From assembly GCA_042216335.1 (NCBI GenBank), contig JBDGTY010000040.1:1-45293 (forward strand): a stretch of 45,293 bases of DNA. Reading direction: 5' to 3'. A program made the translations under genes and the position numbers. Under the pieces are notes generated by a model. It worked only from the letters and a program-made list of their open reading frames with translations, was not told the DNA's origin and did no database searches. This stretch comes from Candidatus Nanohalobium sp. GTDB taxonomy: Archaea; Nanohalarchaeota; Nanosalinia; Nanosalinales; Nanosalinaceae. Every line of letters starts with the position of its first letter. The first letter of the stretch is position 1. This document shows, piece after piece, positions 1 through 8,344 of this stretch.

Positions 1-2
1 AC

Positions 3-293
3 TTACAGGTTTACGGCGCGGACGAGGTATCTGAGTTCGTGGGGGAATACAGTTCTAGACATCCGACCTATCTGAGCGTCGACATCGACATGCTGAAGGA
101 GAGTGAGGCGGTCGGCACCGGCTATCCCGATGGCCAGCTCTCCATGAAACAGGTCTACGAAGTCATCAGGGAAGTCCATCCGGACCACGCTGACTTGGTT
201 GAGGTGGCGCCGGAATTCGATGAAAACGGGAAAACAGTAGGGAACGCGAGGGATATCCTGGAAAGACTGATACAGGTTGTTAACTCTGACTGA
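3..293 (+). CDS. speB: Agmatinase/arginase (ureohydrolase) family protein, C-terminal part; 5' end outside window
   Basis: Frame open from base 3; YLSVDIDML, GTGYP-GQLS and DLVEVAPEFD match ureohydrolase C-terminal motifs. Confidence 0.8.
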   Translation, partial: LQVYGADEVSEFVGEYSSRHPTYLSVDIDMLKESEAVGTGYPDGQLSMKQVYEVIREVHPDHADLVEVAPEFDENGKTVGNARDILERLIQVVNSD

Positions 294-340
294 ACTCTCA
301 TTCTGGAAATTGTTTTGAATCTTTACAGGAAAACTGGGTT

Positions 341-1972
341 ATGAAGCAGATCAAAAAAGAACTGGCTTCTCAACTTTCGGAAAAGCTTGGAGTAGAGGTT
401 AAGGAAGGAGATATCGAGAGGCCGGAGCCGGAGCACGGCGATTTTGCCTACCCTGTTATGAAGGCGGCTTCTGAACTGGGAGAGAATCCTAGAAAGCTGG
501 CGGAGCAGACTGCAGAAGAGTTCAGACAGGATGAGCTAGTCAAGAAAATTAATGTGGCTGGCCCAGGCTACCTGAACTTCTATTTAGACCGGCAGAAATA
601 TGGTAAAAAGGTTTTAGAAACTCTATCAGATGGCTCCTTCGGAGTAGAAGCTAGAGAGGGCAAGATGGTGATTGATTTTTCGGCACCGAACCTCGCCAAG
701 CCGATGCATATTGGCCACATGAGAAACAACTGTATAGGCGACTCGCTCCAGAGGATTATGCGGTTCGTTGGCTACGATGTGACTTCCGAGAACTATATCG
801 GTGACTGGGGAACCAAGCACGGCCAGGTAATCTATGCCTTCAAAAAATGGGGCAGTCGGGAAGAGTTTGATGAATCGCCCATGGAGCACATGTACGATCT
901 TTATGTTAAGCTCCACGATGAGGCCGATGAAGAGGACAAGGAAAAGGCGCGTGAATGGTCCAAGAAGATTGAGGAAGGCGACGAAGAAGCTTTAGAACTG
1001 TGGGAGATGTTCCGTGAAGCCACGATAGAACACAACAAGAAAGAATATGAGAGGATGGGCATCGAGTTTGACCGGTGGACGGGAGAGTCCGTGGTCGCGG
1101 ATAGAGCCCAACAGGTGATAGAAGAAGGTGTTGAGAAAGAGATATTCGAGAAAGACGAGGATGGAAGTGTCTATGCGGAATTCGAAGACCTCCCGTCCAC
1201 TGTTGTGAAGCGTGATGATGGGTCTACTCTCTACCTTTCCCGTGATATAGCCAACCTAAGGAAAAGAAAGGAAGAAGGGTTTGACTACAACCTGTATGTC
1301 GTCGCAAACGAACAAGACCTCCACTTCCAGCAGCTGTTCGAACTAGGAGACAGATTCGGCATAGACGGAATACAGAGCGAACACATCTCCTATGGAATGG
1401 TGCATCTTCAGGACGGCTCGATGAGTTCCAGTAAAGGAAATATAATAAGACTCTCAGATCTCATGGATAAAGCCGCTGAGAAGGCAGCAGAGATGGAACA
1501 GAGAGACGTAGATAACGCTGAAGAAGTTGGTCTGGGGGCTATTCGGTACGCCAACCTGTCAGTATCACGTTCAAAAGATATAGAGTTCGACTGGGATCAA
1601 GTCCTGGACTTCGAGGGGGACTCCGGTCCATACCTTCAATACACGAACGTGCGCGCCAAGAGCATCCTCCGAGAAACGGAGGAAGAAGGAAAGCTTGTTG
1701 GAGAGCTCCAAGACGAGGAGTACCGGTTGCTGAAGAAAATCAGCGAGTTCCCGGAGAAGGTGGAAGCTGCGGCCAATCAAAGAGAGCCGGCGAAGATCGC
1801 CAACTACCTCTCCAGCCTCTCAGAGGAATTCAACAGCTTCTACCACAGCTGCCAGGTAACAGGAGTAGAGGAGGAAACAGAGAAGAGGAGATTGAAACTG
1901 GTGGAGTCCTTTGTAGAGGTTACTGACCAGGGCCTTGAGCTATTGGGAATCGAGCCGCTTGAGGAGATGTAG
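341..1972 (+). CDS. argS: Arginyl-tRNA synthetase
   Basis: HGDFA N-terminal motif, DFSAPNLAKPMHIGH (HIGH), NYIGDWG, MSSSKG, FEGDSGPYLQY, C-terminal LLGIEPLEEM. Confidence 0.98.
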   Translation: MKQIKKELASQLSEKLGVEVKEGDIERPEPEHGDFAYPVMKAASELGENPRKLAEQTAEEFRQDELVKKINVAGPGYLNFYLDRQKYGKKVLETLSDGSFGVEAREGKMVIDFSAPNLAKPMHIGHMRNNCIGDSLQRIMRFVGYDVTSENYIGDWGTKHGQVIYAFKKWGSREEFDESPMEHMYDLYVKLHDEADEEDKEKAREWSKKIEEGDEEALELWEMFREATIEHNKKEYERMGIEFDRWTGESVVADRAQQVIEEGVEKEIFEKDEDGSVYAEFEDLPSTVVKRDDGSTLYLSRDIANLRKRKEEGFDYNLYVVANEQDLHFQQLFELGDRFGIDGIQSEHISYGMVHLQDGSMSSSKGNIIRLSDLMDKAAEKAAEMEQRDVDNAEEVGLGAIRYANLSVSRSKDIEFDWDQVLDFEGDSGPYLQYTNVRAKSILRETEEEGKLVGELQDEEYRLLKKISEFPEKVEAAANQREPAKIANYLSSLSEEFNSFYHSCQVTGVEEETEKRRLKLVESFVEVTDQGLELLGIEPLEEM

Positions 1973-2023
1973 ACTGAGGTATTTAAGAACTAATCCAGTA
2001 AGACTGTATCGAGGAGAGCAGTT

Positions 2024-2230
2024 GTGGGAGAGGAAAACAACTACTGGATAGTCGAGATCTATAACGATGAAACGGCGAACGTCTCGGTCATGAGTGAGGA
2101 AGAGGCAGAAGCCACAGCAGAGATTAACGATGATTTCGAGGACTGGCAGAAAGCACCGTGCTCAGAAGTAGACGAAGAAGAGATGATCGAGAGAGCCGAA
2201 GAACACGGATACGAACACGATCCGTGGTAG
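2024..2230 (+). CDS. Small acidic hypothetical protein
   Basis: 68 aa, GTG start after GAGGAG, acidic composition typical of this genome. Confidence 0.7.
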   Translation: MGEENNYWIVEIYNDETANVSVMSEEEAEATAEINDDFEDWQKAPCSEVDEEEMIERAEEHGYEHDPW

Positions 2231-2231
2231 T

Positions 2232-2504
2232 CTATTTCAGATGTTCTTCGAGGTATTTTCGGGTTCTTCTGACGACAGGTTCAGAACCTGAAATCTCCAG
2301 GAGCTTATCGAATTCTCCTGACTTTGAAGCTCCCTTATCAAGGATGTAGACATCTGCCGTTGTACCGACTGAGGTTCTCAATCTATACTCGTTTTCACCT
2401 ATCTCCTCTACAGCCTCAAACTCTCCGGAAAGAAGGTTCTCTATCTCTCCTGTATCTTCTTTATAGTTTGCGAGAGACGTTACGCGCTCACTGACAAGAC
2501 CCAT
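2232..2504 (-). CDS. Hypothetical protein (90 aa; start moved to ATG 2504)
   Basis: Track ORF start (2567) lies inside tRNA-Phe; ATG at 2504 (MGLVSER) gives an acidic protein. Confidence 0.65.
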   Translation of the reverse strand: MGLVSERVTSLANYKEDTGEIENLLSGEFEAVEEIGENEYRLRTSVGTTADVYILDKGASKSGEFDKLLEISGSEPVVRRTRKYLEEHLK

Positions 2505-2537
2505 AGGTTTTTTGTTATCAAGAAATGATAAAAGGTT

Positions 2538-2611
2538 TGGACCGGCCCGGATTTGAACCGGGGACAACTTGATCTTCAGTCAAGCGCTCTCCCAGGCTGA
2601 GCTACCGGTCC
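2538..2611 (-). tRNA. tRNA-Phe(GAA), no intron, CCA not encoded
   Basis: GGACCGG/CCGGTCC acceptor stem, CTTGA-CTGAAGA-TCAAG anticodon arm, GGTTCAAATCC T-arm. Confidence 0.97.
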
Positions 2612-2796
2612 TCAGCTCATTTCCCTATATGTTCGGACATTTCTCCGTCTGTGATGTTGAAGTTCTTATGAAACTTTTTAATAGCGTCCCTGCGCCTGAT
2701 GTTCAACCTTATCTCTCCTGGTGCTAGGCGTCCAGCCGCATAGACTTCTCGGACCTGCTGTAAAACCCATAAAAAATATGGCGCCATACCTTTCCC

Positions 2797-3813
2797 ATGA
2801 CTGACGAAAAAGACTCTTCCGAAACACGGGAACACGTCATCCCTGGAACACAGAAGAAATACGCGGGAGAAGATGTCGAGGGATACGATTTCCGCGGCGA
2901 GTTTGACATGACCGAGATGCTGGAAAAGTATTCGACAACCGGTTTCCAGGCGACACACCTGAAAGAGGCTATCGACCTTGTGAAAGAGATGCGTGACGAG
3001 GACTGCAAGATTTTCCTGACATTTACCTCGAATATTATCTCTTCAGGTCTGAGAGAAGTCATAGCGTATCTTGCCAGGAAAGACTTTGTGGACGTAATGA
3101 TCACCTCTGCCGGTTCACACACGGAGGATGTCATAAAGACTAATGATGATTTCAAGATGGGTGAATGGGATGCGGATGAAGCCGAGCTACGTGAGAACGG
3201 TATCAACCGTCTTGGAAATATCTACGTCGAGTCCGATCACTATGTCTGGCTTGAATCCTGGCTGAACAACGGTTTCTTCCAGGACTTTTTCTCGGACGAG
3301 AAAATCCGGACTCCTTCAGACCTGGCCTATGAGCTTGGAGAAGCTGTTGGCGAAGACGAAGGCCTTGAGGAGTCAGATTCCTTTATCTACCATGCCTACG
3401 AAAACGATATACCGGTTTACTGCCCGGCTATGATCGATGCAGAGATTGGTGATTTCATGTTCTACTACAGGCAGGAGCAAGATGAGGATATCGGTATCGA
3501 GATCCTTGACGACTGGGACAGCCTGATCAATGAGGCGATCGAGGCTGAAAAGACCGCGATCATAGCGGTGGGTGACGGCGTGCCCAAGCACCAGGCGATC
3601 ATGTCGAACCTGTTCAGAGGCGGCACCGACTACGCTGTGTATATCTCCACAGGCATGGAGGGAGACGGAAGTCTTTCCGGAGCTCCACCAAAGGAGGCTG
3701 TTTCCTGGGGGAAGATCAAGGAGAAGACGAAGAACTATACTCAGGTGGAGGCCGAGGCCACACTGGTTTTCCCGCTGTTAGTGGCCGCGTCATTCAAACA
3801 GTATGATGCTTAA
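2797..3813 (+). CDS. dys: Deoxyhypusine synthase
   Basis: TGFQATHL, FTSNIISSGLRE, GINRLGNIYV, DGSLSGAPPKEAVSWGK (catalytic Lys), EATLVFPLLV. Confidence 0.96.
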   Translation: MTDEKDSSETREHVIPGTQKKYAGEDVEGYDFRGEFDMTEMLEKYSTTGFQATHLKEAIDLVKEMRDEDCKIFLTFTSNIISSGLREVIAYLARKDFVDVMITSAGSHTEDVIKTNDDFKMGEWDADEAELRENGINRLGNIYVESDHYVWLESWLNNGFFQDFFSDEKIRTPSDLAYELGEAVGEDEGLEESDSFIYHAYENDIPVYCPAMIDAEIGDFMFYYRQEQDEDIGIEILDDWDSLINEAIEAEKTAIIAVGDGVPKHQAIMSNLFRGGTDYAVYISTGMEGDGSLSGAPPKEAVSWGKIKEKTKNYTQVEAEATLVFPLLVAASFKQYDA

Positions 3814-3814
3814 A

Positions 3815-3838
3815 ACAGCATTCTCCCGAGAATGCTGT
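3815..3838. repeat. Perfect inverted repeat (11-bp arms) immediately after the dys stop codon
   Basis: ACAGCATTCTC-CC-GAGAATGCTGT. Confidence 0.85.
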
Positions 3839-3959
3839 GGCTGAGGCCTTCGAGAAGTATGGTTCGTAGAGTTTCGGCATTTCAAAGAGACGGTTATTCC
3901 CTGACCAGACATCATGTTGTTACCAAGGACTAATAAACTTTGCTGAATAACTGGTGTGT

Positions 3960-4265
3960 ATGACTACCCTTTCTGAACCGGAGGAGAGGCTTGTCGAGGG
4001 TTTTATCAGGGCGCTTAACCGTGGAACTGTCTCGATGGAGGACTCGCTCCAGGATCTAAGGAGGTTCTACAGGGAGGAGTACCCGGAAGCGGACTTCGAA
4101 AAGGTTCTCGACCAGATAATAGAGGAACTGGAGAGGGTCTTCGATCCTGAATCCGTCGAGTGGACCAGAGCAGTCTCGATTATCTCACGGGCCAAGTCGA
4201 TGTATCCTCACAGGTTCAGTTTTTCACAGAAGTCAAGTCAGGCCCAGAGTTGGAACGATCTGTGA
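3960..4265 (+). CDS. Hypothetical helical protein
   Basis: ATG 3960 after GGTG; acidic helical composition; no family recognised. Confidence 0.65.
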   Translation: MTTLSEPEERLVEGFIRALNRGTVSMEDSLQDLRRFYREEYPEADFEKVLDQIIEELERVFDPESVEWTRAVSIISRAKSMYPHRFSFSQKSSQAQSWNDL

Positions 4266-4311
4266 AACCAGCTCGGTTCTTAATGCCGAATCAGTTTTAT
4301 ACTTGATGAAT

Positions 4312-4438
4312 CGCCCAACCCAGGATTCGAACCTGGGACCACCACGTCGCTGTCTACTCGACCGAGTTGACGGCTTTGAACAACTCCGTAGGAGTTGTGG
4401 TTAACAGCGTGGCGCTCTACCTACTGAGCTAGTTGGGC
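4312..4438 (-). tRNA. tRNA-Asn(GTT) with a 54-nt intron (4348-4401) at position 37/38
   Basis: GCCCAAC/GTTGGGC acceptor stem, G discriminator, CCACG-CT-GTT-A^...^A-CGTGG anticodon arm; CTGT/ACAG central helix with 3-nt bulges (BHB-like). Confidence 0.93.
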
Positions 4439-4557
4439 TCCGTGTATCTAGGTGTGGAAGGAGAATTTTATAAAACCGGTTCGGGGTGTGAGAACTAATT
4501 TCTTAACCGAAGATTATTTATCAATAAGTGGCAAATACGTTTGGAAGGTGGTTGATT

Positions 4558-6411
4558 GTGTCTCTTTCCGTGCTGCTGGTCGACGGTGATCGCCAGTCTC
4601 TGGGTCTTTCAGCCCGGAAGCTGGAGGAAGAGGGTTTCAGGGTCTTCAGGGCTGCTGATTTCGAGTCCGCTGAGTCTGTTCTTGAGTCCGAGAAGGTTGA
4701 CTGTATCGTTACGGAGTATGAACTTCCGGGGAAGAAAGGTCTTGAGGTCTGCAGAGGCTTCAGAAGCCGGTTTAGCGCCATTCCTCTGATACTTTTCACC
4801 AGCTACAGGGATGGAAGTCTTCTGCAGGAGGCTTTCGAGAGCGGTGTCGATGACTATGTTTCCAAGGATCTGGGCAAGCATAGGTTCTCTATCCTTGCTG
4901 ACAGGATCAGGAGTGTCGTAAAGGAGCAGGATGAGGGCTACAGCGCCAGGATCGCCCAGGACCTACGTATAGATGATTTTGACTTCCTGAGGCAGGTCGT
5001 CGACGTGCTTCCTGTAGGCATGGTCGTGAGGGATGCAGATGACAGGATAGTGATGGCTAACAAGTACCTGGAAAGCGATCAGGTAAAACTGGATGATATA
5101 ATCGGAATGAAACTGGAGGATACTCCTCTAAGTGATGAACAGATAAGGCAGATTAAGGAAAACGATAGAGAAGCTATCGACAAGTGGGATGCTATTACGG
5201 TAGAAGAGGAGGTCGTCGACGAGAACGGTGAAAGGGCTTTCATCGAGTCCACCAAGGTGCCTTTCCACCTTGAAGAAGGGGAGAACCCTCATCTCGCAGC
5301 AGTTTTCAAAGATGTAACTCTCCGTAAAAAGAGGGAGAAGGCGCTTGAAAGGGTTCTGGAGGCGGATAGGAAAATGGCGAAGGCCGATACTGAGCGCGAG
5401 GTCTGGTCGATAGGCTCTGAGGCGATGAGAGATATCTTCGACCTGGCTATCTCCTCAGGCATGAGTTATAAGAATGGAAAGTTCTGTCCTGTAGGAGTCA
5501 CAGAAGATCCCGAGGAATACTTCGATGAGGAAGTGGAACTGGGCCCGTGCTCTATTGCGTCAGAAGTTTTCGAGTCTGGCAGGGCCCGTTTCATCAGGGA
5601 CATGGCTGAGGAGGAACCTTATAACCCTGAGACTCCGGTAGAGTCTGAGGTCATTGTCCCTGTCGGGGACCATGGTGTATTGATCTCAGGTGCGATGGAG
5701 TTGCGTGAGTTCGACCAAGCCGATCTCTACATCGCGGACTGGCTGGGCAACTCTGTAGAGGCATCACTTGACAGAGTAAAGAAGGAGAGGAAGATCAGGG
5801 AGAGGGATGAGAAGCTGGAGAGACAGACTCAGCAGATAGATCAATTTGTCAAGATGCTTTCGCACGACCTCAGGAACCCCTTGAACGTCGCACAGGGCTA
5901 CCTGGACATGGTGGAGAATTCGGAGGAACTGGATCAGGTAGAAGAGGCACTGGACAGGATGGAGGAGATAATACAGACTATCCTGGAGATGGCGAAGCAC
6001 ACAGGAAAAATAGAGAAAGGAGAGTTTGACCTAGGGGAAGAAGCAAGAAACGCATGGAAGTATGACTACGTCGATAGGGCCAGGCTCGAAGTCGAAGACT
6101 CCGTAGAGATCCACGCCAACAGGGAACAGCTGAGACACCTCCTCGAGAACCTGTTCTCCAACTCTCTGAAACACTCCGAGGAAGAAGTGATGGTCAGGAT
6201 AGGAAGGACCCGGGAAGGTTTCTACGTGGAAGATGACGGCCCGGGAGCACTTGAGGAAGAGCTCGAGAAGATACTTGACTTCGGTTACTCGTCGGATGGA
6301 GGAACCGGTCTTGGACTTGCTATAGTCGACAGGATAGCCAGTTTCCAGGGGTGGGACGTCCAGGCCATGACATCGGAGGAAGGCGGCCTGCGACTCGAGT
6401 TCCGGACCTAA
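4558..6411 (+). CDS. Hybrid sensor histidine kinase (REC-PAS-GAF-HisKA-HATPase), cytoplasmic, haloarchaeal type
   Basis: N-terminal receiver (VLLVDGD...IPLILFT...GVDDYVSK), PAS/PAC (FIESTKVP), GAF (SEVIVPVGDHGVL), H-box SHDLRNPL, N-box LENLFSNS, G1 EDDGPG, G2 GTGLGL. GTG 4558 follows GGAAGGTGG. Confidence 0.92.
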   Translation: MSLSVLLVDGDRQSLGLSARKLEEEGFRVFRAADFESAESVLESEKVDCIVTEYELPGKKGLEVCRGFRSRFSAIPLILFTSYRDGSLLQEAFESGVDDYVSKDLGKHRFSILADRIRSVVKEQDEGYSARIAQDLRIDDFDFLRQVVDVLPVGMVVRDADDRIVMANKYLESDQVKLDDIIGMKLEDTPLSDEQIRQIKENDREAIDKWDAITVEEEVVDENGERAFIESTKVPFHLEEGENPHLAAVFKDVTLRKKREKALERVLEADRKMAKADTEREVWSIGSEAMRDIFDLAISSGMSYKNGKFCPVGVTEDPEEYFDEEVELGPCSIASEVFESGRARFIRDMAEEEPYNPETPVESEVIVPVGDHGVLISGAMELREFDQADLYIADWLGNSVEASLDRVKKERKIRERDEKLERQTQQIDQFVKMLSHDLRNPLNVAQGYLDMVENSEELDQVEEALDRMEEIIQTILEMAKHTGKIEKGEFDLGEEARNAWKYDYVDRARLEVEDSVEIHANREQLRHLLENLFSNSLKHSEEEVMVRIGRTREGFYVEDDGPGALEEELEKILDFGYSSDGGTGLGLAIVDRIASFQGWDVQAMTSEEGGLRLEFRT

Positions 6412-7223
6412 TCCACCTGCTCCCGCAGGGTTTCGATCCTTTCGACCAGTTTCCTGTACTTCTCCTTTTCCTCAAGTTCTTCCTTAGGGTTGTCCTCCTC
6501 TATAACATCTTTTCGTGAACACAGAGCCATCAGCTCCTGCTTGAGCTCTTTCTTTTCCTTCCTTTCCGTCATCTCCTCGACCTTCGAGATGAGTTCCTCG
6601 GCTGAGACAGGTTTGACTAGGTAATCATCGATATCCATGTCCGCAACCTCTACCTCCGGTTCCTTCGCAGTCAGAAATACGATCTGAGGGTCGTAGTGGG
6701 AGGATATCATCTCAGCCACGTTTTCCCCGGTCGTATCCGGCAGGGCGCGGTCAAGCAGTACCACCTCCACATCGGGGTCCATCAGATCCGTGGCCTCCGA
6801 CCCTGTATTGGCCGTCGATGTCCTGTAGCTCGATGAAAGCCATTCTGAGTACAGTTTTGATAGCTGTTCCTCGTCCTCGACTATCAGGACTTTCTCGGCC
6901 TCCTTCTTCTGCTCTTCAGCCCATTCCAGCATCTTCTCAAGTATAGGCTCCAGCTTTCTGCCTTTGCCGGTCATCGAGTACCTGACACGTTTCGGGTTTT
7001 CGCTCAGCACTTCCTTCTCCACGTAACCCTGCTCTCTTAAGTCCTCAAGGTTCTCCGACAGAACTTTGCCTGAGATGTCACCCAGGGCGCTTTTCAGATC
7101 ATTGAAGCCCATCCTTCCCTTCCTGGACAGCGTATACAATATAAGAGGTCTCCACTTTCTGGAAAGGAATGCTGTAGCTTCCTCGAGCTCCTCCAGCCTA
7201 AGGTCTTCAGAATCGTCGCCCAT
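6408..7223 (-). CDS. Response regulator: HxlR-type winged-HTH + receiver + HalX-like C-terminal helices
   Basis: KWRPLILYTL...GFNDLK...ISGKVLSENL...RVRYSMTGKG (HxlR); VLIVEDE...VVLLDRALPD...DDYLVKP (REC); ELMALCSRKDVIE tail resembles HalX. Confidence 0.88.
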   Translation of the reverse strand: MGDDSEDLRLEELEEATAFLSRKWRPLILYTLSRKGRMGFNDLKSALGDISGKVLSENLEDLREQGYVEKEVLSENPKRVRYSMTGKGRKLEPILEKMLEWAEEQKKEAEKVLIVEDEEQLSKLYSEWLSSSYRTSTANTGSEATDLMDPDVEVVLLDRALPDTTGENVAEMISSHYDPQIVFLTAKEPEVEVADMDIDDYLVKPVSAEELISKVEEMTERKEKKELKQELMALCSRKDVIEEDNPKEELEEKEKYRKLVERIETLREQVD

Positions 7224-7385
7224 TATCTAAGTCTACTTTCCCGAAAATTAAAATGATATTGGAAAATACGGCTTCGCTCTTGGACGAGAAGGATTTACCT
7301 CAAGGTAAGTTTGCGGATTAACCTCTAGGTTCGCTCCGGGTTAAAAGGAGCAATCTCGAATAGAAAGCTAGAAGAGGTGACATCA

Positions 7386-7508
7386 TTGGTAGATGCCAAC
7401 CACAGACTGTACGAGGCAGAGCTCCAGGAACTTGTTGAGCACGAAGAACAACCTAATATAATGATAGACACCGAACGCCATGCCGTCCGGTCTGTGAACA
7501 CGATATAG
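7386..7508 (+). CDS. Putative 40-aa acidic microprotein (not in ORF track)
   Basis: GAGGTGA at 7374-7380, TTG start, MVDANHRLYEAELQELVEHEEQPNIMIDTERHAVRSVNTI*, T-run downstream. Confidence 0.45.
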   Translation: MVDANHRLYEAELQELVEHEEQPNIMIDTERHAVRSVNTI

Positions 7509-7564
7509 TCACACAGTACACGTTTTTTCAAAACCTGGATAAACTCAAAGGAGGGGAGTGTTAG

Positions 7565-7741
7565 ATGAAACTATCGAACCGACTGGATAGAGTCAGGGAG
7601 AGCATCCAAGGCAGAAAAGGACTTTGCGTCATTTGCGGCGAAAGGGTTAAAGAAGGACACAGCTACATCGAATCGGAGGAAGGATACTGCCACAGAGGAT
7701 GCATATTTAGTGAGAAAGGTTCTGAACCTGCGGAAGCATGA
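7565..7741 (+). CDS. 58-aa CxxC-x18-HxxC zinc-finger microprotein (not in ORF track)
   Basis: MKLSNRLDRVRESIQGRKGLCVICGERVKEGHSYIESEEGYCHRGCIFSEKGSEPAEA*; GGAGG upstream; gapless similarity to 8209..8307. Confidence 0.8.
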   Translation: MKLSNRLDRVRESIQGRKGLCVICGERVKEGHSYIESEEGYCHRGCIFSEKGSEPAEA

Positions 7742-7761
7742 TGGCAAAGAGGTGAAGTGAC

Positions 7762-8136
7762 ATGGACGAAGAATACAGGATCCTGGTGGTCGACGACGAT
7801 CCAAGCCAACTCAGCCTGAACAAACACGAGCTTGAAAGAGAGGGCCTAGTTGTCGACCCCTACATCAACCCTCACGAAGCGTTGGAAAACGCAGAAGAAG
7901 CGGACGCAGTTCTCACCGACTACCAGATGCCCGGAATGAACGGCTATGAAATGTGGAGAGAGCTGCAGGACCAGAAACCTGAGACACCTGTCCTGTTCCT
8001 TACGGGCAACCCGGATGAAGTGCTGAGCCAGTCAGACGAAGTGACGCAAGAGGAAGTATTCTCAAAAGAATCGCTCGGCGTAGAGACCTACGACCAGATA
8101 GTAGAAGCCTTGGAATCACATATAGGAGGGTTCTAG
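7762..8136 (+). CDS. Stand-alone receiver-domain (CheY-like) response regulator
   Basis: ILVVDDD, AVLTDYQMPGMNG, PVLFLTG, FSK; GAGGTGA RBS. Confidence 0.93.
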   Translation: MDEEYRILVVDDDPSQLSLNKHELEREGLVVDPYINPHEALENAEEADAVLTDYQMPGMNGYEMWRELQDQKPETPVLFLTGNPDEVLSQSDEVTQEEVFSKESLGVETYDQIVEALESHIGGF

Positions 8137-8208
8137 AGGCTTTAACGGGCTCCGGGGTTACCATGTCATCACGTTCAAGATATAAGCAGTGGATCAGAAA
8201 TAAGATTC

Positions 8209-8307
8209 ATGGAATCAGAAGTATGTATAGTATGTGGAAAAGACCTGGAAACCGGTGAGAACCATGTCTGCGTGGAACAGGGCTGCTCACACCGGGCATG
8301 CGTCTGA
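8209..8307 (+). CDS. 32-aa CxxC-x18-HxxC zinc-finger microprotein (not in ORF track)
   Basis: MESEVCIVCGKDLETGENHVCVEQGCSHRACV*; TATAAG about 25 nt upstream (leaderless spacing); pyrimidine run downstream. Confidence 0.75.
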   Translation: MESEVCIVCGKDLETGENHVCVEQGCSHRACV

Positions 8308-8344
8308 TCTTTTCCTCCTTCTTTTTCTAAGGAAAAAGGAGAGG

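Noticed and set aside
2617-2958. Minus-strand ORFs overlapping the dys start
   Set aside because: Overlap dys antisense and the tRNA-Phe promoter region; composition atypical.
4440-8340. tRNA-integrated mobile island
   Set aside because: No integrase or transposase and no duplicated tRNA end found; the island lies on the 5' side of tRNA-Asn.
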